A DNA stretch of 63,599 nt, the filler included, from Sphacelaria rigidula (lineage: Eukaryota): assembly GCA_964200075.2 (NCBI GenBank). It is 8 parts of 8 records of this genome, joined end to end, with 100 filler letters (N's around TTAATTAATTAA, not from the genome) between each part and the next. Parts side by side here need not be neighbours in the genome. Positions count along the whole stretch, not along the records: positions 7,964 to 15,826 come from CAXNAA020013184.1; positions 15,927 to 23,789 come from CAXNAA020013185.1; positions 23,890 to 31,752 come from CAXNAA020013186.1; 5 more parts are not named here. One strand, given 5' to 3'. This document shows positions 12,729 to 26,135 of this stretch, piece after piece. Position 1 is the stretch's first letter. The number at the start of each line of letters is the position of its first letter. Position numbers and translations under genes: made by a program. The notes under the pieces are model-generated. The model was not told where the DNA came from. It was given only the letters and a program-made list of their open reading frames with translations, and did no database searches.

Positions 12729-15700
12729 GGTTGGGCCGAATGGCAGAACAGGGTGATAGGCCTGCTACAGTTAGGGGTGAGCAGGGTGTTACTGAGCAGT
12801 TGCAGGAAGTAAGTAGTCAGATCAGTTCCTTAGCTCAGCTCATGCGTGATATGCCGTTAAGCCAAGCTGCATTATAGATTAACATGGACGATATGAGGGC
12901 AGTAAGAGAGGCCGGGCGCGCAGAAAACAACGGCGTCCTCGATAGTGAAGGTTCCCATAGCCAACAGGGAGAATTCAACATCAATATAATAGTGGAGCGA
13001 CGTGGTGCTGGAGTTCGAAGAGACCAACGGTACATCGGGAGTCAAGCTGTTCCAGAGGACGGAGCGCGCGACGCAATGGACAACGATGCTACCAGTGACG
13101 AAGCTAGGGACTTTGTCCCCGCACATGAGTCAATCCGAATAAACGCTACAAGTGGAAATGTGTCAGGGGTTCCCGTTTTTCGACAGAACGTCCCAAAATT
13201 CTCAGGGAAGGGCGCTGATTATGCTCGGTACAGGCATGAACTGGTCAACTTCGCGAGGGGCGAAGGAATTGGGTGGATGTTTACCATGGTCGGCGATAGT
13301 TCGGACGACGTAGATGTTGGTAATCCTGAATTTCCTAAATTAAAAATGGGGTATCTGGAAAGTAGACATGGAAAAGACACAGTGGCAGCCAACGTGAGGG
13401 CGAGACGTATGCTTGTTGCTAGTTTAGAAGGAAGGAGAGATCAAGACATTTTGCTCAGAATCCACTCACCTGCTGCGGTTTGGAGAAAACTCGAGGATGT
13501 CTTTCGCCCCAAAACAAATGGGACGAAAACCGCTTCGTTGGAAAAGTTCGATGGAGTCAAGATTGGTGTCCATGATGATCCAGAGCAGAAGCTGCTCGAG
13601 ATGGAGGAAATTGCACGTAACCTGAACTCATACGAGTAGCATAAACGACCAAGCGAAAACTGTACTCTCTTGAAATTTCTCAACGCGTTGTCCTTCGAGT
13701 ATCACATCCAGAAGCAACTGCTGGAGGATCGAGCGGGACTGCTGACACGGGAGGTTGTGTTGGCTGCGATCCGAAAGCGCTTCGAATCAACATCTTTGAA
13801 GCAGGAACTTGCCCGGGGGAAGAAATCATCCCCGGGCGACCAGGCTCTCCTTGCCGGGGGTGGGACCTGAAAACCGAGTGGTGCACACCGCAAGGGGAAA
13901 CCGGGAAGACCCCAGGGCTCTGGTCAGAAAAACGGCGGGAGCCAGAGTTCAAGTAGCTCTGGGTCGGCATCATCGGACGGCAAACCGGCGACTGGGAAGC
14001 TGCTCCGCTGCCACGTTTGCGACGAGGACACGACGCATCGAGCCAGGAACTTCCCGAAGAGATACTGCGGGAGGTGCGGTCAGCAGGGGCACACGTTCTG
14101 GGACTGTTCGAGATCGACAGCGAAGAAAGAAGACGTGGTGATGGCGATGGGCGCGGCCGACGACAGCGACAGCTCCTCCGTCTGTTCGATGGCGAATGGG
14201 GAGGCTTTCACCTCTCTCGACACCACCATCAACGGCGACACAGGCGAGTATGCATTGAGTGTTGAGCGGGGGGGTGATAGTCAGCAGGGTGAGGGCGAAC
14301 CGTGGGTATTGGACACGGGGGGTACCCAGCATTTTTCCCACGATTCCCATGGGATGACGGAGTACAGAGAGTGCAAGGGTAGGGCACTACGGTTCGCAGG
14401 AGGTAGTACTTACCCGATCGTAGGCAGGGGAAATTAGTCTCTTGCCTTCAGATCTGATGGACAGGATGTGATCCTAAAACTAGTGGATGTTGACCATGTA
14501 CCTGGTGTCCGTCATCACCTCTTGTCACTCACGAGGGTCCAACACATGGGACACACCTACACTGGTTTTCGTACAGGTTTCAGGGTAGATCTTATTTCAG
14601 GCAATACACTGATAATACCCGGACAACCACGTCAACTCAGAATGTACGCCCGCCACCTCGACCAAAGTGGTAGTAACAAGTGTGCTTCGGCATATGCTGT
14701 TATTGTCCCGGGGGCTTCGCCTAGCCCCCAGACCGCTGACATCAACGAATTTCATTGTGTCCACGCCCACGTCCACGAAGACCTACTGCTAAAGACGGCG
14801 AAGCAGCAGGGGAAGCAGCTGGATGGGGAGCTGCAGTCCTGCCGCGGCTGCTCAGAGGCGAAGGGACTGCGGGCACCGATTCCAAGATCGACGCACACAA
14901 GAGCACAAGCGATTCAGACGCCGGGTGAGCTGAAGGATTCCAGCGTCGATCAAGGACAGGGAGTGAGTGAAAAAAGGACAGAAAGCTCGACAGCGGACAC
15001 TCCCCCCAGCGGTTTCTCAAGCGCGCCGTCCTCCCCGCCGAGTTCCGTTGGTGGGAGGGGCGGAGCAGCACCGCAGATCCCCGTCAATAGTGGAGAGGGC
15101 GAAGTGCCTTTACCGTCCCCGCGAGGGGGGGGAGAAGGCGGGGTGATACCAGAGATCCCCGTTCCAGATTTTGTCAACGGAGGGGGTGAGGCGGAGCCGG
15201 AATCATCATCATCATCATCAACGCCAACATCAGCGCCGACGCCGACACCAGCACAGACGTTGATACCTACGCCGACGCAGACACCAGCGCAGACGCCGAC
15301 ACCTACGCCGACGCTCACATCGGCATCGGACACTGCCTCGTCGCCCGCACTGTCACCATCTTCCAGGGGTCCCTCGCAAGACAGCGGGGGGGGGCGGCGA
15401 CGCTCCTCAACTCCCGAGGATCGAGCAACGCCGTCTTGCGTGGGCTGACCGGTTACCAACACCAAGGGCGGGGCGTAGGCTCGCGCGAGGCCATGGGGTC
15501 GGCACACGCACGAGGTGAAACGCTGGTGGCTGGCGGAGCGGAGGAGAACAAAAAGGAAGCGGAGATGGCGCTGGCGGGAATGGCGGAGGACAAATGCTCA
15601 ACCATAGAGATGATCACCGCGGCAGCAGGACAGGTGGCCGGACAAGCAGCAATCGTTTCGACTCAACACGAGTTAGCTGAAAACGAGTTTTTTTGTTTTG

Positions 15701-15826
15701 TTGCTGAGGAAAACAGGGTAGGACAGCCTGAATTCGGTTTGCGTTCACCGGTTGGCCTGCACGAGAGCGAAATAGAGGCAGCACAAACCAGTATGGGTGA
15801 CATCGCCAAGTCAGAATTTCGAGAGG
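12729..15826 (+). mobile_element. Ty1/Copia copy 2: gag, protease, integrase-core deletion, cut by the gap
   Basis: gag from 12884 with stops. Zinc knuckle CGRCGQQGHTFWDC at ~14065-14108. Protease WVLDTGGTQHF. Highly similar to copy 1 but joins RSTHTRA directly to QAIQTPG at 14905/14906. Confidence 0.92.
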
Positions 15827-17281
15827 NNNNNNNNNNNNNNNNNNNNNNNNNNNNNNNNNNNNNNNNNNNNTTAATTAATTAANNNNNNNNNNNNNNNNNN
15901 NNNNNNNNNNNNNNNNNNNNNNNNNNCTTGAGCCTCATCTCGAAGTTAAACCTCAATTCGCACAATTCGTTGTTTATTCATGATCGATCCATGGATTGGG
16001 CGTCTCGCCCTGTCAGCAGATTGCACTAACCCAGCTGGTGGTCAGGATTGGATTCTATGTGCTTTGAGGTCTGCAGGTCAGCGTTGTGCGTTGTGTGCGT
16101 GTGGTGGTGGCGCTTTCCACCTTGGGCACATCAATAATTTGACTTCCGAACTTGCACAGGGATCTCGCAGGTTTCTCCGCACTGCGGGATGCCAGTATTG
16201 AAATCGGCATAGAGGGTAAGGTAGGTACCCCGTACTGGTATTTCGGACATCGCATACCCTACCGATATCGACCCAATCGGGTATTTCCAAGCGTCATACC
16301 GATGATACTCACGATACCCCGGTAGTTCAAGATAACAGTACCTGCCGTCCCCTTCCTTCCGTACCTGTTCCTTTCGCGGTCAGTGAACACCGCTAAGCGG
16401 CCGGTGTTCATATTTTTTAATGCCATGGAATAGGCGTCCGTCTCAACTGTGGACCGAGCCGCATGTATGGAGAGGTGCAGAGGGGCCAATCGGATTTTGT
16501 TTAGCGATTCCTGCCCGTCGCGAGCTGGCGACAAAGCAAGCAAAGGCGCGTGGTGTGTACCAGCAGTGAAACATCATATTTCGACGTCAAAACCCTCCCA
16601 TAGATGACATATCTTCATACCTGTTTATGTCGCTCGGGACAATGCGGTGGAAAACACAATTGTCATGGCATATGTCCACGGCATTCTGCTCCTAGTTGGC
16701 ATCAACGGTTGTTTATCATTATGGCGTGCCTTCGCATATCATTTTTATATGGAAAATGTGCGGTGAAAGGGAAGACTCCGGTTTGATAGGCCGTAGTTTC
16801 AGCTATATTATATCAAATTATTGTTTCCGCACATTAATCCGATTCCTCGAACCCGTGGTCGCAGACGTAGTCTCGTCTTTCCAGTGCCGTCCCTGCTATT
16901 CAGCTATCGTATTTTATTCAGAAACTGGTTCAAATTACGACCTTTTTCATCGGAATTTCTGTTTTTCACCGCACGTTTTCGATCGAAAATTATATACTAA
17001 GATACGGCCTTAGTGGTGAGCGGAGAAGAAATGAAAAACAATCAAGCTCACCTCTTCCTAACATACATACTGGCGAAAAGCACCAAGAGGTTCTCGGCCC
17101 CTAACATACAGACCACCACGCCACATACCATCCGTTCAAATGATCATGCAAACTAGTACAGCAGCCATCGTTAGCTACGGTCGCAACCCTACCCTGCAGC
17201 ATAAAGCAGGAGTTGAGCACAGGGATGGATGCACTGCAGCAGTTGCGTATGCTGTGCTTACATTTTGTCGGCGAAACCTTG

Positions 17282-18357
17282 CACACGTCGGACGAGTTAT
17301 TACTCGTCGAAATGAGTAAACTCGTTAATTTTTATCGAAGACACCACGAGCACGACTCGTGTGCTTGAGTTATTTATTTGTCTTCACCAAAACCGATGAC
17401 TCGTGTGCTGGAGTGATGATTTTTTCCACCACGGATAATGACTCGAGTGCCAGACCTATGAATTCTCTCTGCCACGAGCAATGGCTCGAGTACTCGCTCT
17501 ATTGTGTGTCAACACGCCGCGCGAGCACGAGTATGACTCGTGGCACTCGCACTCGTTGAGCTGCTCGTTGGCGGTAAGAATCAATAGGGCGAATACCCGA
17601 GTCATTGCTCGTTGTGGAAAAATATAATAGAGCGACCACTCGAGTCATTGCTCATGATGAACGACTTGAGTGCAGTTGTCAGCAATCTGACGAGAAAATA
17701 ATTGCAATGAGAGCTTCGATGATCTTGAACCTAGAATCTTCAACTTCATATGCATGTCTGCATACGTCCAGCTCCAAAGTTCTTTTTCATTTTATTCAAG
17801 CACCCCTCCACGCACGTATAGATCAGAGTTCTACTGAAACAGCGGAGAGTATCTCTCGAATAGTGCATTTACAATTCTTTTAGGGCAAGCACTTGAGCCA
17901 TTGCTCGCTGTAAAAAGAAATGACGTGAGCACGTTCTAAAAACAATGACGACTCGAGCACATGGCTCATTGCTCGTTGTGGCAAAGATTAATGACTCGAG
18001 CACACGAATCATTGTTCGTTGTCAGAAATATGATTGACTCGAGCACACGAGTCATTGCTCCTTGTGAAAAAACTGAATGACTCCAGCACACGAGCCGTTG
18101 CTCGTTGTAGAAAGAAATCATGACTCGAGCACACGAGGCATGCTCGTTGTAGAAAGAAATCATGACTCGAGCACATGAGGCATGCTCGTTGTGTTTAAAC
18201 AATATCCACGAGTGCACTCGTTTCGCCGAGCAATGAATAGTCTGACGTGTGATTTTTCTTTCACGAGCAATGACTCGAGTACTCACCCTATTCATTTTTT
18301 TTCACCATGAGCAGCCCACGAGCGCAACGATTCGTACTCGTGCTCGCCCGACGTGTG
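17282..18357. mobile_element. TIR element with ~40-bp internal subrepeats (ctcgagcacacgag.c.ttgctcgttg)
   Basis: CACACGTCGG at the left end, with T/CCGACGTGTG at 18251 and 18357. Subrepeats are inverted between the halves. The same family occurs at 29436-29972. Confidence 0.65.
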
Positions 18358-19788
18358 AAAACTTGACCATCGTTTTCCATCGTAGGGGCCAGGGTTAGAA
18401 CGACGTGGTACGATGGCCAACCCCGTCGCGGACACGGTAACGGACACAATGCATGTACAAAGCTGCGCGTTGTCGGAGTCATTTTCACGTTGCATTGTGG
18501 GCATAGAGAACAGATGGTGCAACCGTGGAAGTTCTGCATGTTGCCCGCTCCTCTTTCACATCCTTCTGCACGAAACACGCAGACACGAACTTCACATACA
18601 CTGCATGCAAACAGTGCAGGCAGTACGGACTGGCTGTATTGTTCACAAACGGCCATCTATCGCTTCACGAATTTTACCGTCCTATTCCGATAGAAAGCTT
18701 GAAAATTCGCTTCGACCCACCTCGAGAGAAAATGAGCGAATTTCGCTAACGTTGATTGCCATCGGTCCTTTCTTTAATGGAAAAATTATGCAAGACGTTC
18801 ACTCAGCACATTATGCCGTCGGCGCGCGAACTGCCATAGGCGCCTCCGTCAAAGCGTGTTCTTGACGTCGAGACGGCCACCAAGTGCGTCGATCCTATGC
18901 TCGAACGCGGTGCGGAAATGACGAAATAGAATGATTTCAACGGTTTGGTGATTGCGGCGTTTTCTACATGTATATTCTGTCGAAAGCCCTAGTGAGAGCT
19001 CCTAATACCCGTGTTCAGTACTGCCATCGCATGCGAAAGTACTCGTATCTTTTCGTAGAGCTGCGCGAGCGGGTCATGACTTTGTCGGAATAACTGATAT
19101 CGGAATAAAGTTGTGAGCTCACATGCACAGGGTGGAGAAGACAGACCTTGGGGGATGGAAACCACATTTCCATGATAAATAGACGGAGGGGGGAGCGGGA
19201 AGTCCAACCTCATTTTGGATTCACGATAGTCTGCCCCGCCGGAAGTTGGGGTGACGTTTCCTACCCGCCTGTCGCGACGAATCATACATCCTTCTATGGT
19301 CGTGGTGAATTCGTTGTCTCGACATGTCGGCGCCGACGCGTCGTGGTGTTGGGGGCGACAGGGAACTGTAAGGATGGCTGCTGTCGGGATTTGCGGATGT
19401 GCTGTGCTCCATGGCGGAGTATGGATTCGTGTGATAAAGTCGGCGCACATCGCACAAAAAGTATCCCTGTTTGGCTCACTGAGTCACGGACTTGGGCTGT
19501 GGGTTCTAGGTATGAGGCGCCTCGTATTGCGTGGTTATGTTCTCCTCTGTGGCACGGTGATCGGCGGGCTGATGTATTTGTCCTCCTTCTCGGCTTCCTT
19601 CGTACTTTGTAGCCTTCCCCCGCGTGTGCTCCTTGTTGTCGATGTCTGTGATTGCAAGTATAGGATCTCGGTCTCTTGGGGGCTGGGGGTGTGTGCTTCA
19701 TAACTGTGGTGATGAGGTCTACTCATATGCTTCGCCTGTGATCGTTCGGGTGTTCCGTGTTGAGTTTTGTTTTATTTGTTATCATAGA

Positions 19789-20039
19789 GAGTCATCCTAC
19801 GATAGGGGGGGTAGGTATTTTGGGCCACTTTTTGCACGAAATTCCAAGTCAAATCGCCCTTGAAAGGAGCAACGGTTGCTCGAACGAGCTTATTATAGAT
19901 GAAAAATGCACATTCATACCGATTGACACTGTTTTGAACCTCATAGAAGCGCACCGGGAGTGTGGCAGGTCGTTTGACACACTTCCGAGCCTCTTTTTTC
20001 GGGCAATCAAATCCCTCCCCCCCTATCGTAGGATGACTC
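19789..20039. mobile_element. 251-bp MITE with 4-bp TSD (TAGA)
   Basis: TAGA|GAGTCATCCTACGATAGGGGGGG...CCCCCCCTATCGTAGGATGACTC|TAGA, a perfect TIR of more than 20 bp. Confidence 0.88.
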
Positions 20040-21804
20040 TAGAACTTGGGTTCCGGTGCACGATGATACGCGCCGGAGCGACGGCGCAGAGACCGTTTAA
20101 CCACGACGTTTTTGCATTGCTTCTGCTTGATCCTCGGAGGACCTGTGCGAGTATTTCAGTACCAATTGTTCCACGGTCCGACCTTCTCCATTTGTGCACT
20201 TTTGGCATCCGAGTGTTCTCATACCGTACTTCCCTGCGCCATGCACGCAGAGCTACGGTCTCTCCACCCTACGGTCACTCCGCCGACGTGCGAGTGGCCC
20301 TGGCGCGTGTTCAGATGTTTTCTTAGATCGGGTCCTGTGACTCCTAAAATGACGGGGGTTCCAGTGGTTGGCGAGCGTATGTCTCGCCTTTGCAGTTCTC
20401 CACTCATCGACTGGCGACAGCCCGATACCTTGTGACCGGTGGGCGACTTTAAGACATGGACGATACGCTTCATTTTCGGGTATGCATCGATGAGGCTTAG
20501 TGTGCCGACTTGTTTTCGGCTGTGCAATCTTCTGGTGTCGGTGCAATCCGGCGCAATATTACCGCAGCCGTGGGAGTTACCTCTTATGAAAAATGCCCTG
20601 CCCCTCCCGGACGACTAAGGCAAGCAAGAAATAAGGACGCTCCCCCCCCCCCGGCGAGGGGATCCCTCGTCGTAATTGGGAGACTGGCTTTCATCCTACA
20701 TCATCATTTTCCCGCTATGGCCAAGGTCTCTAATCCAACGAAAGACCATGGTGATGGTGTCAGCCATCTTGCCCGCAGAAATAATTGCATATTTGCACTG
20801 AATCCAACGTTCATAGCGAAAAGCAGATTCGAGCAAATTAGCGTCGCAGAGACCACCCCGTTCTATTTCAGCAGTATCGGTAACATGGAACGGGGGTTTC
20901 ATCATTTGCGGGAGAAGATACTGTTGAGGATGGGTCGTGGGAACCTGCATAACAATCGCAGTAATTGCAAAAAAAGTGCTAATGCACACTCCGGTCGCGA
21001 TATGGCGATATCTCGATCTTTAAAGTGAAAGCACCACCCACTATTTCTAAATTCCCCCTCCACTTGGACATCATGAACGTCGGGGTGGAGAATTCCTGTC
21101 GGGAAGTGGACGGATGTCGAAATGATTCGGAATTAGCAGAGGTTACAGTCGAATATACCGGGAACCTCAAGTTTGAGATACCGGATCTCTGGAACGTGGG
21201 TTTACACATTCCTGGTCGCTCTCTTCAAATAGTTGACGCCACGCACAACGGTCTGCGAACTAATTTACATTTTCCCTGAAGACTTCGACGCGAGAGGGTA
21301 GAACCATGTACTGCCCGTGATTCGATGCCGGCGGATCGTGTTGCCCTGTGAGAATTCCTAGTAACAATAGCCCCAGTGAAGCTGCGCCGATGAGTGCGGC
21401 ACGTGCTGTAAGCGTTTTCGCAGCGGTAGTCATGGTGCAAAACCACACAAGGACGCTGCGTACCCTCAACACGTGCAAAACTGTAAGATCTAGTACGCTG
21501 TAGAAGTTATGTGGAGCTGCGGCAAAAAACACTGCAGGCTGCTGCTGTGCACAATTGTGCAACGTAATGTCATTAAAGCAGTACTTCAGATTCCACACCA
21601 CTACTGCACTGTCTGCAGGCGCCCGTGTACTGACTCTCACACCTATATGCCTCGTATGCACCCCCCATCCCTTCCGCCGTAGAGTAGGCGTTTTGGTTTG
21701 TGACAAAAGGATGATTCTGAACCCAAAAAATGGATAGTCTTACTCAGTCTTCCAGCGGGGGGTTCGCGGTCTAAGGCTTAATATGCTGGACAGTGTTAGG
21801 GTCG

Positions 21805-21901
21805 CTCCCGTGGCTCAGTTGGTAACCTCGTAACCTTATGACGGTTGAGTAGTGGGCTTCGTTTCCCGGAGTGATCTGGGATCTTTTCTCACACCATGCC
21901 C
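21805..21901 (+). mobile_element. tRNA-derived SINE head
   Basis: A-box TGGCTCAGTTGG and a degenerate B-box, followed by ttctcacaccatgccc as in the copy at ~26 kb. Confidence 0.55.
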
Positions 21902-22979
21902 NNNNNNNNNNCGAGGTAAAGGGACTGCTGAACCCCTCTCGCGACAAAAAATAAAGGCAAGCACCGCAGAAGGAAAGTGAGATATTAAGAACAAATAGAA
22001 AAGAAAAGGCTCCTGTGTTGACCTTCCTCCTGTGTGATCCCGGCTGATGCGGCCACATATACCAAAAGGTGTAGCCTGGCGCCTAGAATAAATGGGACGA
22101 CAACACACACAACAGCACAGTGTTTTATAGCGCACATACAATATACTCTCCCGTACAGTATAGGCACGGTAGTGGCAGAAAGAAACGGTCGAGATGTGGC
22201 AGTGGTGGGAATTGAACTCACGATTCCGCGCTTGGGAATGCGACGACATGTACGTTGAACCGCTTCAAATTCGTTGTTGGCGGCATACAAAGTTTTGTAC
22301 TTGGAATAAATACCAAGCAAAAACCTCCATGAACAAAAGCATGATGGATTGAGTGATTTTTCTAAACATCATTCGGTTTATCTTATTGGTAGACATTGGA
22401 CAACAGGGTTTTTATTAACTATCTGCATACATATGCGAGGTATACACCTCCTTCGCAGCATCCACGCCTGAAGTCAAAGCATCGTATCTAAGCTCAGGCG
22501 TGTGGACATACCCTCGTAAGCAGTGTTCGATATTTGTATTCAGCAAAAGCTGTTGAGAGTTCTATACTGTAGCCCAAGTGATATTTAAATTCCGTAAATG
22601 TGTATATGATTTGTGCAGCAGATGAAGCTGTTCAAGATAGATCCTCTTTTTACCCAATATAACTGGACAAAAAAAGGATCTATTTCGAAGAGCTTCTTCT
22701 GCTGTCCGAAATAATTCCCCTTTTTGCCCTATTGCCCAATTGGAAATCGGGCAAAAAAAGAATTATCTCGAATAGCTTCTCTCAATAAAAAAATCATAAT
22801 TTCTGCAACAAACTAATTTAGCATTTTCAAATTGGGAGTGCCTCTCCACAGGGTTGCTTACAGGGTCTCGAGAAAAAAGCTACACGAAATGCTGGTAGAG
22901 GTACTAGGGTTTGCAGATGCTGTACCGGGGTTTGCAAATGCTGTACCGGGGTTTTCACAAAGACTACGAACAAGCCTGT

Positions 22980-23130
22980 GCTGCAGGTTGTACAGGGTAC
23001 CATCTGTCCACGTGTGTTGCAGTGGCCCAGTCTGCGATGCCATAAATCAGCGCTTGCAACCGAGGTATAAGTGTTACAGAGCGAATAATGACCCTGTATA
23101 AAAGACAATAGGTCAATGCGATGACGGGTT
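22980..23130 (-). pseudogene. Copia GAG-pre-integrase fragment
   Basis: Translates SVASADLWHRRLGHCNTR, containing the LWHxRLGH motif. Confidence 0.65.
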
Positions 23131-23889
23131 CCCCCAACCACCTGCAGCTCAATGACGGTTTATAAAATATGAAGACACGCTATCCATCAGGTTAGCGCGC
23201 ACACGGTCAGAAAAAAGAACGACCGCAAGCCATTCCATTCCGAGGGCAATTTGATATATCGTCTCACGATAACTGAAGACACTTTCTACGATAGCCCCCC
23301 CCCAAACCAGCCCAAAACTGTCACGTCCACAAAAAATAAAACCAAACCCCAGGCTCCTGGGGTTTCCGGTAGTGGTGTGTGGAGTAGCCCACCCCTAGTG
23401 AACATGCAGGTGCATGATGAGCTGCAGGTTAATACATGGAGACTTGGATATGAAGTTTGCACCATTATATCAGGTCATGAGATATTTTTGGAGTATGAAG
23501 TGCCGACGGAAGTGCAACGAACCACTTCCGATAACGAAGACTGTGTGTTTGTGAACAACATCTGTCTTGAAGCCTCCAAGCCCTAGTGAGGGAGGAAGCC
23601 CTTGGAGCCCTTGGAGCAGTCTTGTGACCTTGTTCTGAGTCCAAGAGGGGTCTGTAATAAACGTTTATTCAGTGAACCCGCTAGCTTCTAGGGACGATTG
23701 TTTCAGTCACTTTCTACGATAGCCCCCCCAAAAACCAGCCCAAAAGTGTCTCGAAAAAAGTACCATACAGCGCCTGATGTTTGGGTTCANNNNNNNNNNN
23801 NNNNNNNNNNNNNNNNNNNNNNNNNNNNNNNNNTTAATTAATTAANNNNNNNNNNNNNNNNNNNNNNNNNNNNNNNNNNNNNNNNNNNN

Positions 23890-24332
23890 GTGCTAACTTC
23901 GGTCCGAAAGCGCTTCGAATCGACAGCTTTGAAGCGCTTTCGGACCGAAGTTAGCACGCCCTCCCGTGTCGGCTGCCCCTCTCGATCCCTCCCGTCTCGG
24001 CTTCGGCTTCTGCATGTGATACTCGAAGGGCAATACGTTGAGGTATTTCAAGAGGATATGGTTTTCGCTTAGGGGTTCATGCTCCTCGTATGAGCTCAGG
24101 TCTCGTGCAATTTCCTCCATCTCGAGCAGATTCAATTTAAAGGAACAGCACCAGGGCTCCCCACGTGGTCCCCCACCGTGGTACTAGCTTGGCCCGACGC
24201 CGCTGTCTGCCCTCACTCCACATATGATCCCTCTGTCATAGGGTCTACTCCGTCCAGGCACTCTCCAATGATCCAAAACATAAAACCATCTGTCCTTCGC
24301 CACGGGCCAGGGAATACAGACAAGTGTTCAAA
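23890..24332. mobile_element. Rearranged Copia relic: minus-strand gag fragment beside a plus-strand LTR fragment
   Basis: LLEMEEIARDLSSYEEHEPLSENHILLKYLN matches gag at 13590-13700, and 24195-24332 matches the LTR at 12590-12728. Confidence 0.8.
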
Positions 24333-25954
24333 CGTGATCCTGTCATGTATATCTGTGCGATTACGTAGCCACAACTGTTCACACCCGCCGCGGCCTATGC
24401 GCGGGAAAACAGTGAACTCGGGCAGATGACATGTACATGGATACTGCGGTACTCTAAGTACTAAACGACACAAGGCCGTACACACGGAAGGAGAGGAGTG
24501 GACTTGTGAAATCACACCATCATTGTACTACAGGTAGTGTTGTCTGCTGTCTACTGCGCGGTCTGTATACTCTGTATAGCGGACAACAGGCAAGAGTAGT
24601 ACAGTAGTATTATACCGTACAGGGCTTGTGGTGCTCTCTGTCCAGTAGACAAGTAGTTCGATACAGGTACACTCCTACTACTCGTACTGCCGCCTCAATA
24701 GCCTACACAGTGTACAGACAGCGTGGTGTCTTGTTCAACAGCATTGTAATAAATAGGCGATATTCTCGATAGCAAACAGCTGATACGTAAACACCAGTCG
24801 GTGTGTTCAGAGCATCAATTCAATCAAGCGTGAGCGGTGCTTGGTTGACTAAGAACCCAACACGACTGTTGGCTTGTCAAAATCGATCAGAGAGCTCACC
24901 GCCGCCGACATATGTGGTCTCCTGCCCTACAACAAGATGCTTTCTTGCCTGCCCTGCTGTGGAGTGCGAATGCCCGTTTTTTCGTGTGTGCAGCATTCCG
25001 ACTTGAAATTGGGTTCATTGTGGATTTGGTTCTGGAGGCGTTCGCGACCTGTACCCTCTTGTTTGCATACCCCACGTGGAAATATGTCGCGCAGGGTTGT
25101 TCCTATCTGTGTGCGGGTGGTCTGGCTCCTAGTGCCAGCTTCGCCCGCTGAATTAATTGGGTACATTCTGGTCCGGTACGACTTCATTTTGCCACTTTTC
25201 ATCGCGAGAGGGGCTCAGCAGTCCCTTTCCCTCGTCGACCGTTGACCCTTAGACAGCGGGCGTCTCCTCGGAACAGATTCACAGGCTGACAATCCGGAGA
25301 CATTGGGGGGTATCCAGTGGTCGGGGTCCGTGGTTTTTGAGGGAGGGGTGTCTGTCCGCAGAGGAGCCGAAAAGCCCACCGAGTCAACCCTTTGTCTTTA
25401 AATGTTTCCCGCGGAAAACTATTAGCCGTGCACGAGGCCCGAGAGGCGCGGGATGCCCATTTTGACCAATCACGGTCGTCAAAATGAGCACGTTCTTCCG
25501 GTTCGGGTGGACTACATTGGAACAGTTCGCTGTCTACCTCCACGACTCATTTTGGTCATGGGAAATGAATCATAGATTAATTACATGGGTGCAAATAACT
25601 TGTTGTGATTTCTGCTCGTGGTCTATGCCTCCTGCCTGATCCCTCATGTGCTACCAGCATGGCTTCACATTGTCTGTGGTGTTGTTGAGCACTAGGCAGA
25701 GGCATCAGCAGCATGCAGTAAATTGTGGTCAGTGGAGAGCGATTGCACACTTATACTGTCTGATGCCGTTGTATCCAGTGAGAACATACAACACACTTAC
25801 ATACCGACTCTGCACGCAATCGACTGCAGGGTCAGAACTGATCACGGGGTTTTCCTGGATCATTTTCTATAGAGATGACAAATATCCATATGTTGATGAA
25901 AAAGGCGTTTTCTGTAGCGAGAAGAGAGAAGTTCTAAACCTCAAATGTGGCATA

Positions 25955-26135
25955 TAGTCCAACTCAGTCCATCTACAGGGGATCGCTGTCAAAGGGTGAA
26001 GTCGAATTTTGTGTACCCACGATATAGTCTTTCTTCACTGTTGGGCATTGTGTGAGAAACATTCCATGTCGCTCCGAGGTTTGAACCCACGACCTAGCCG
26101 TCAGAGGAATTCGAGGCTACCAACTAAGCCACAGG
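25955..26135 (-). mobile_element. tRNA-derived SINE
   Basis: On the minus strand, TGGCTTAGTTGG (A-box) ... GGTTCAAACC (B-box). No intact cloverleaf is evident. The body is shared with the 21805 copy. Confidence 0.65.

Noticed and set aside
26060-26135. Functional tRNA gene
   Set aside because: A and B boxes are present but the stems are degenerate, and the downstream body is shared with another copy, as expected for a SINE.
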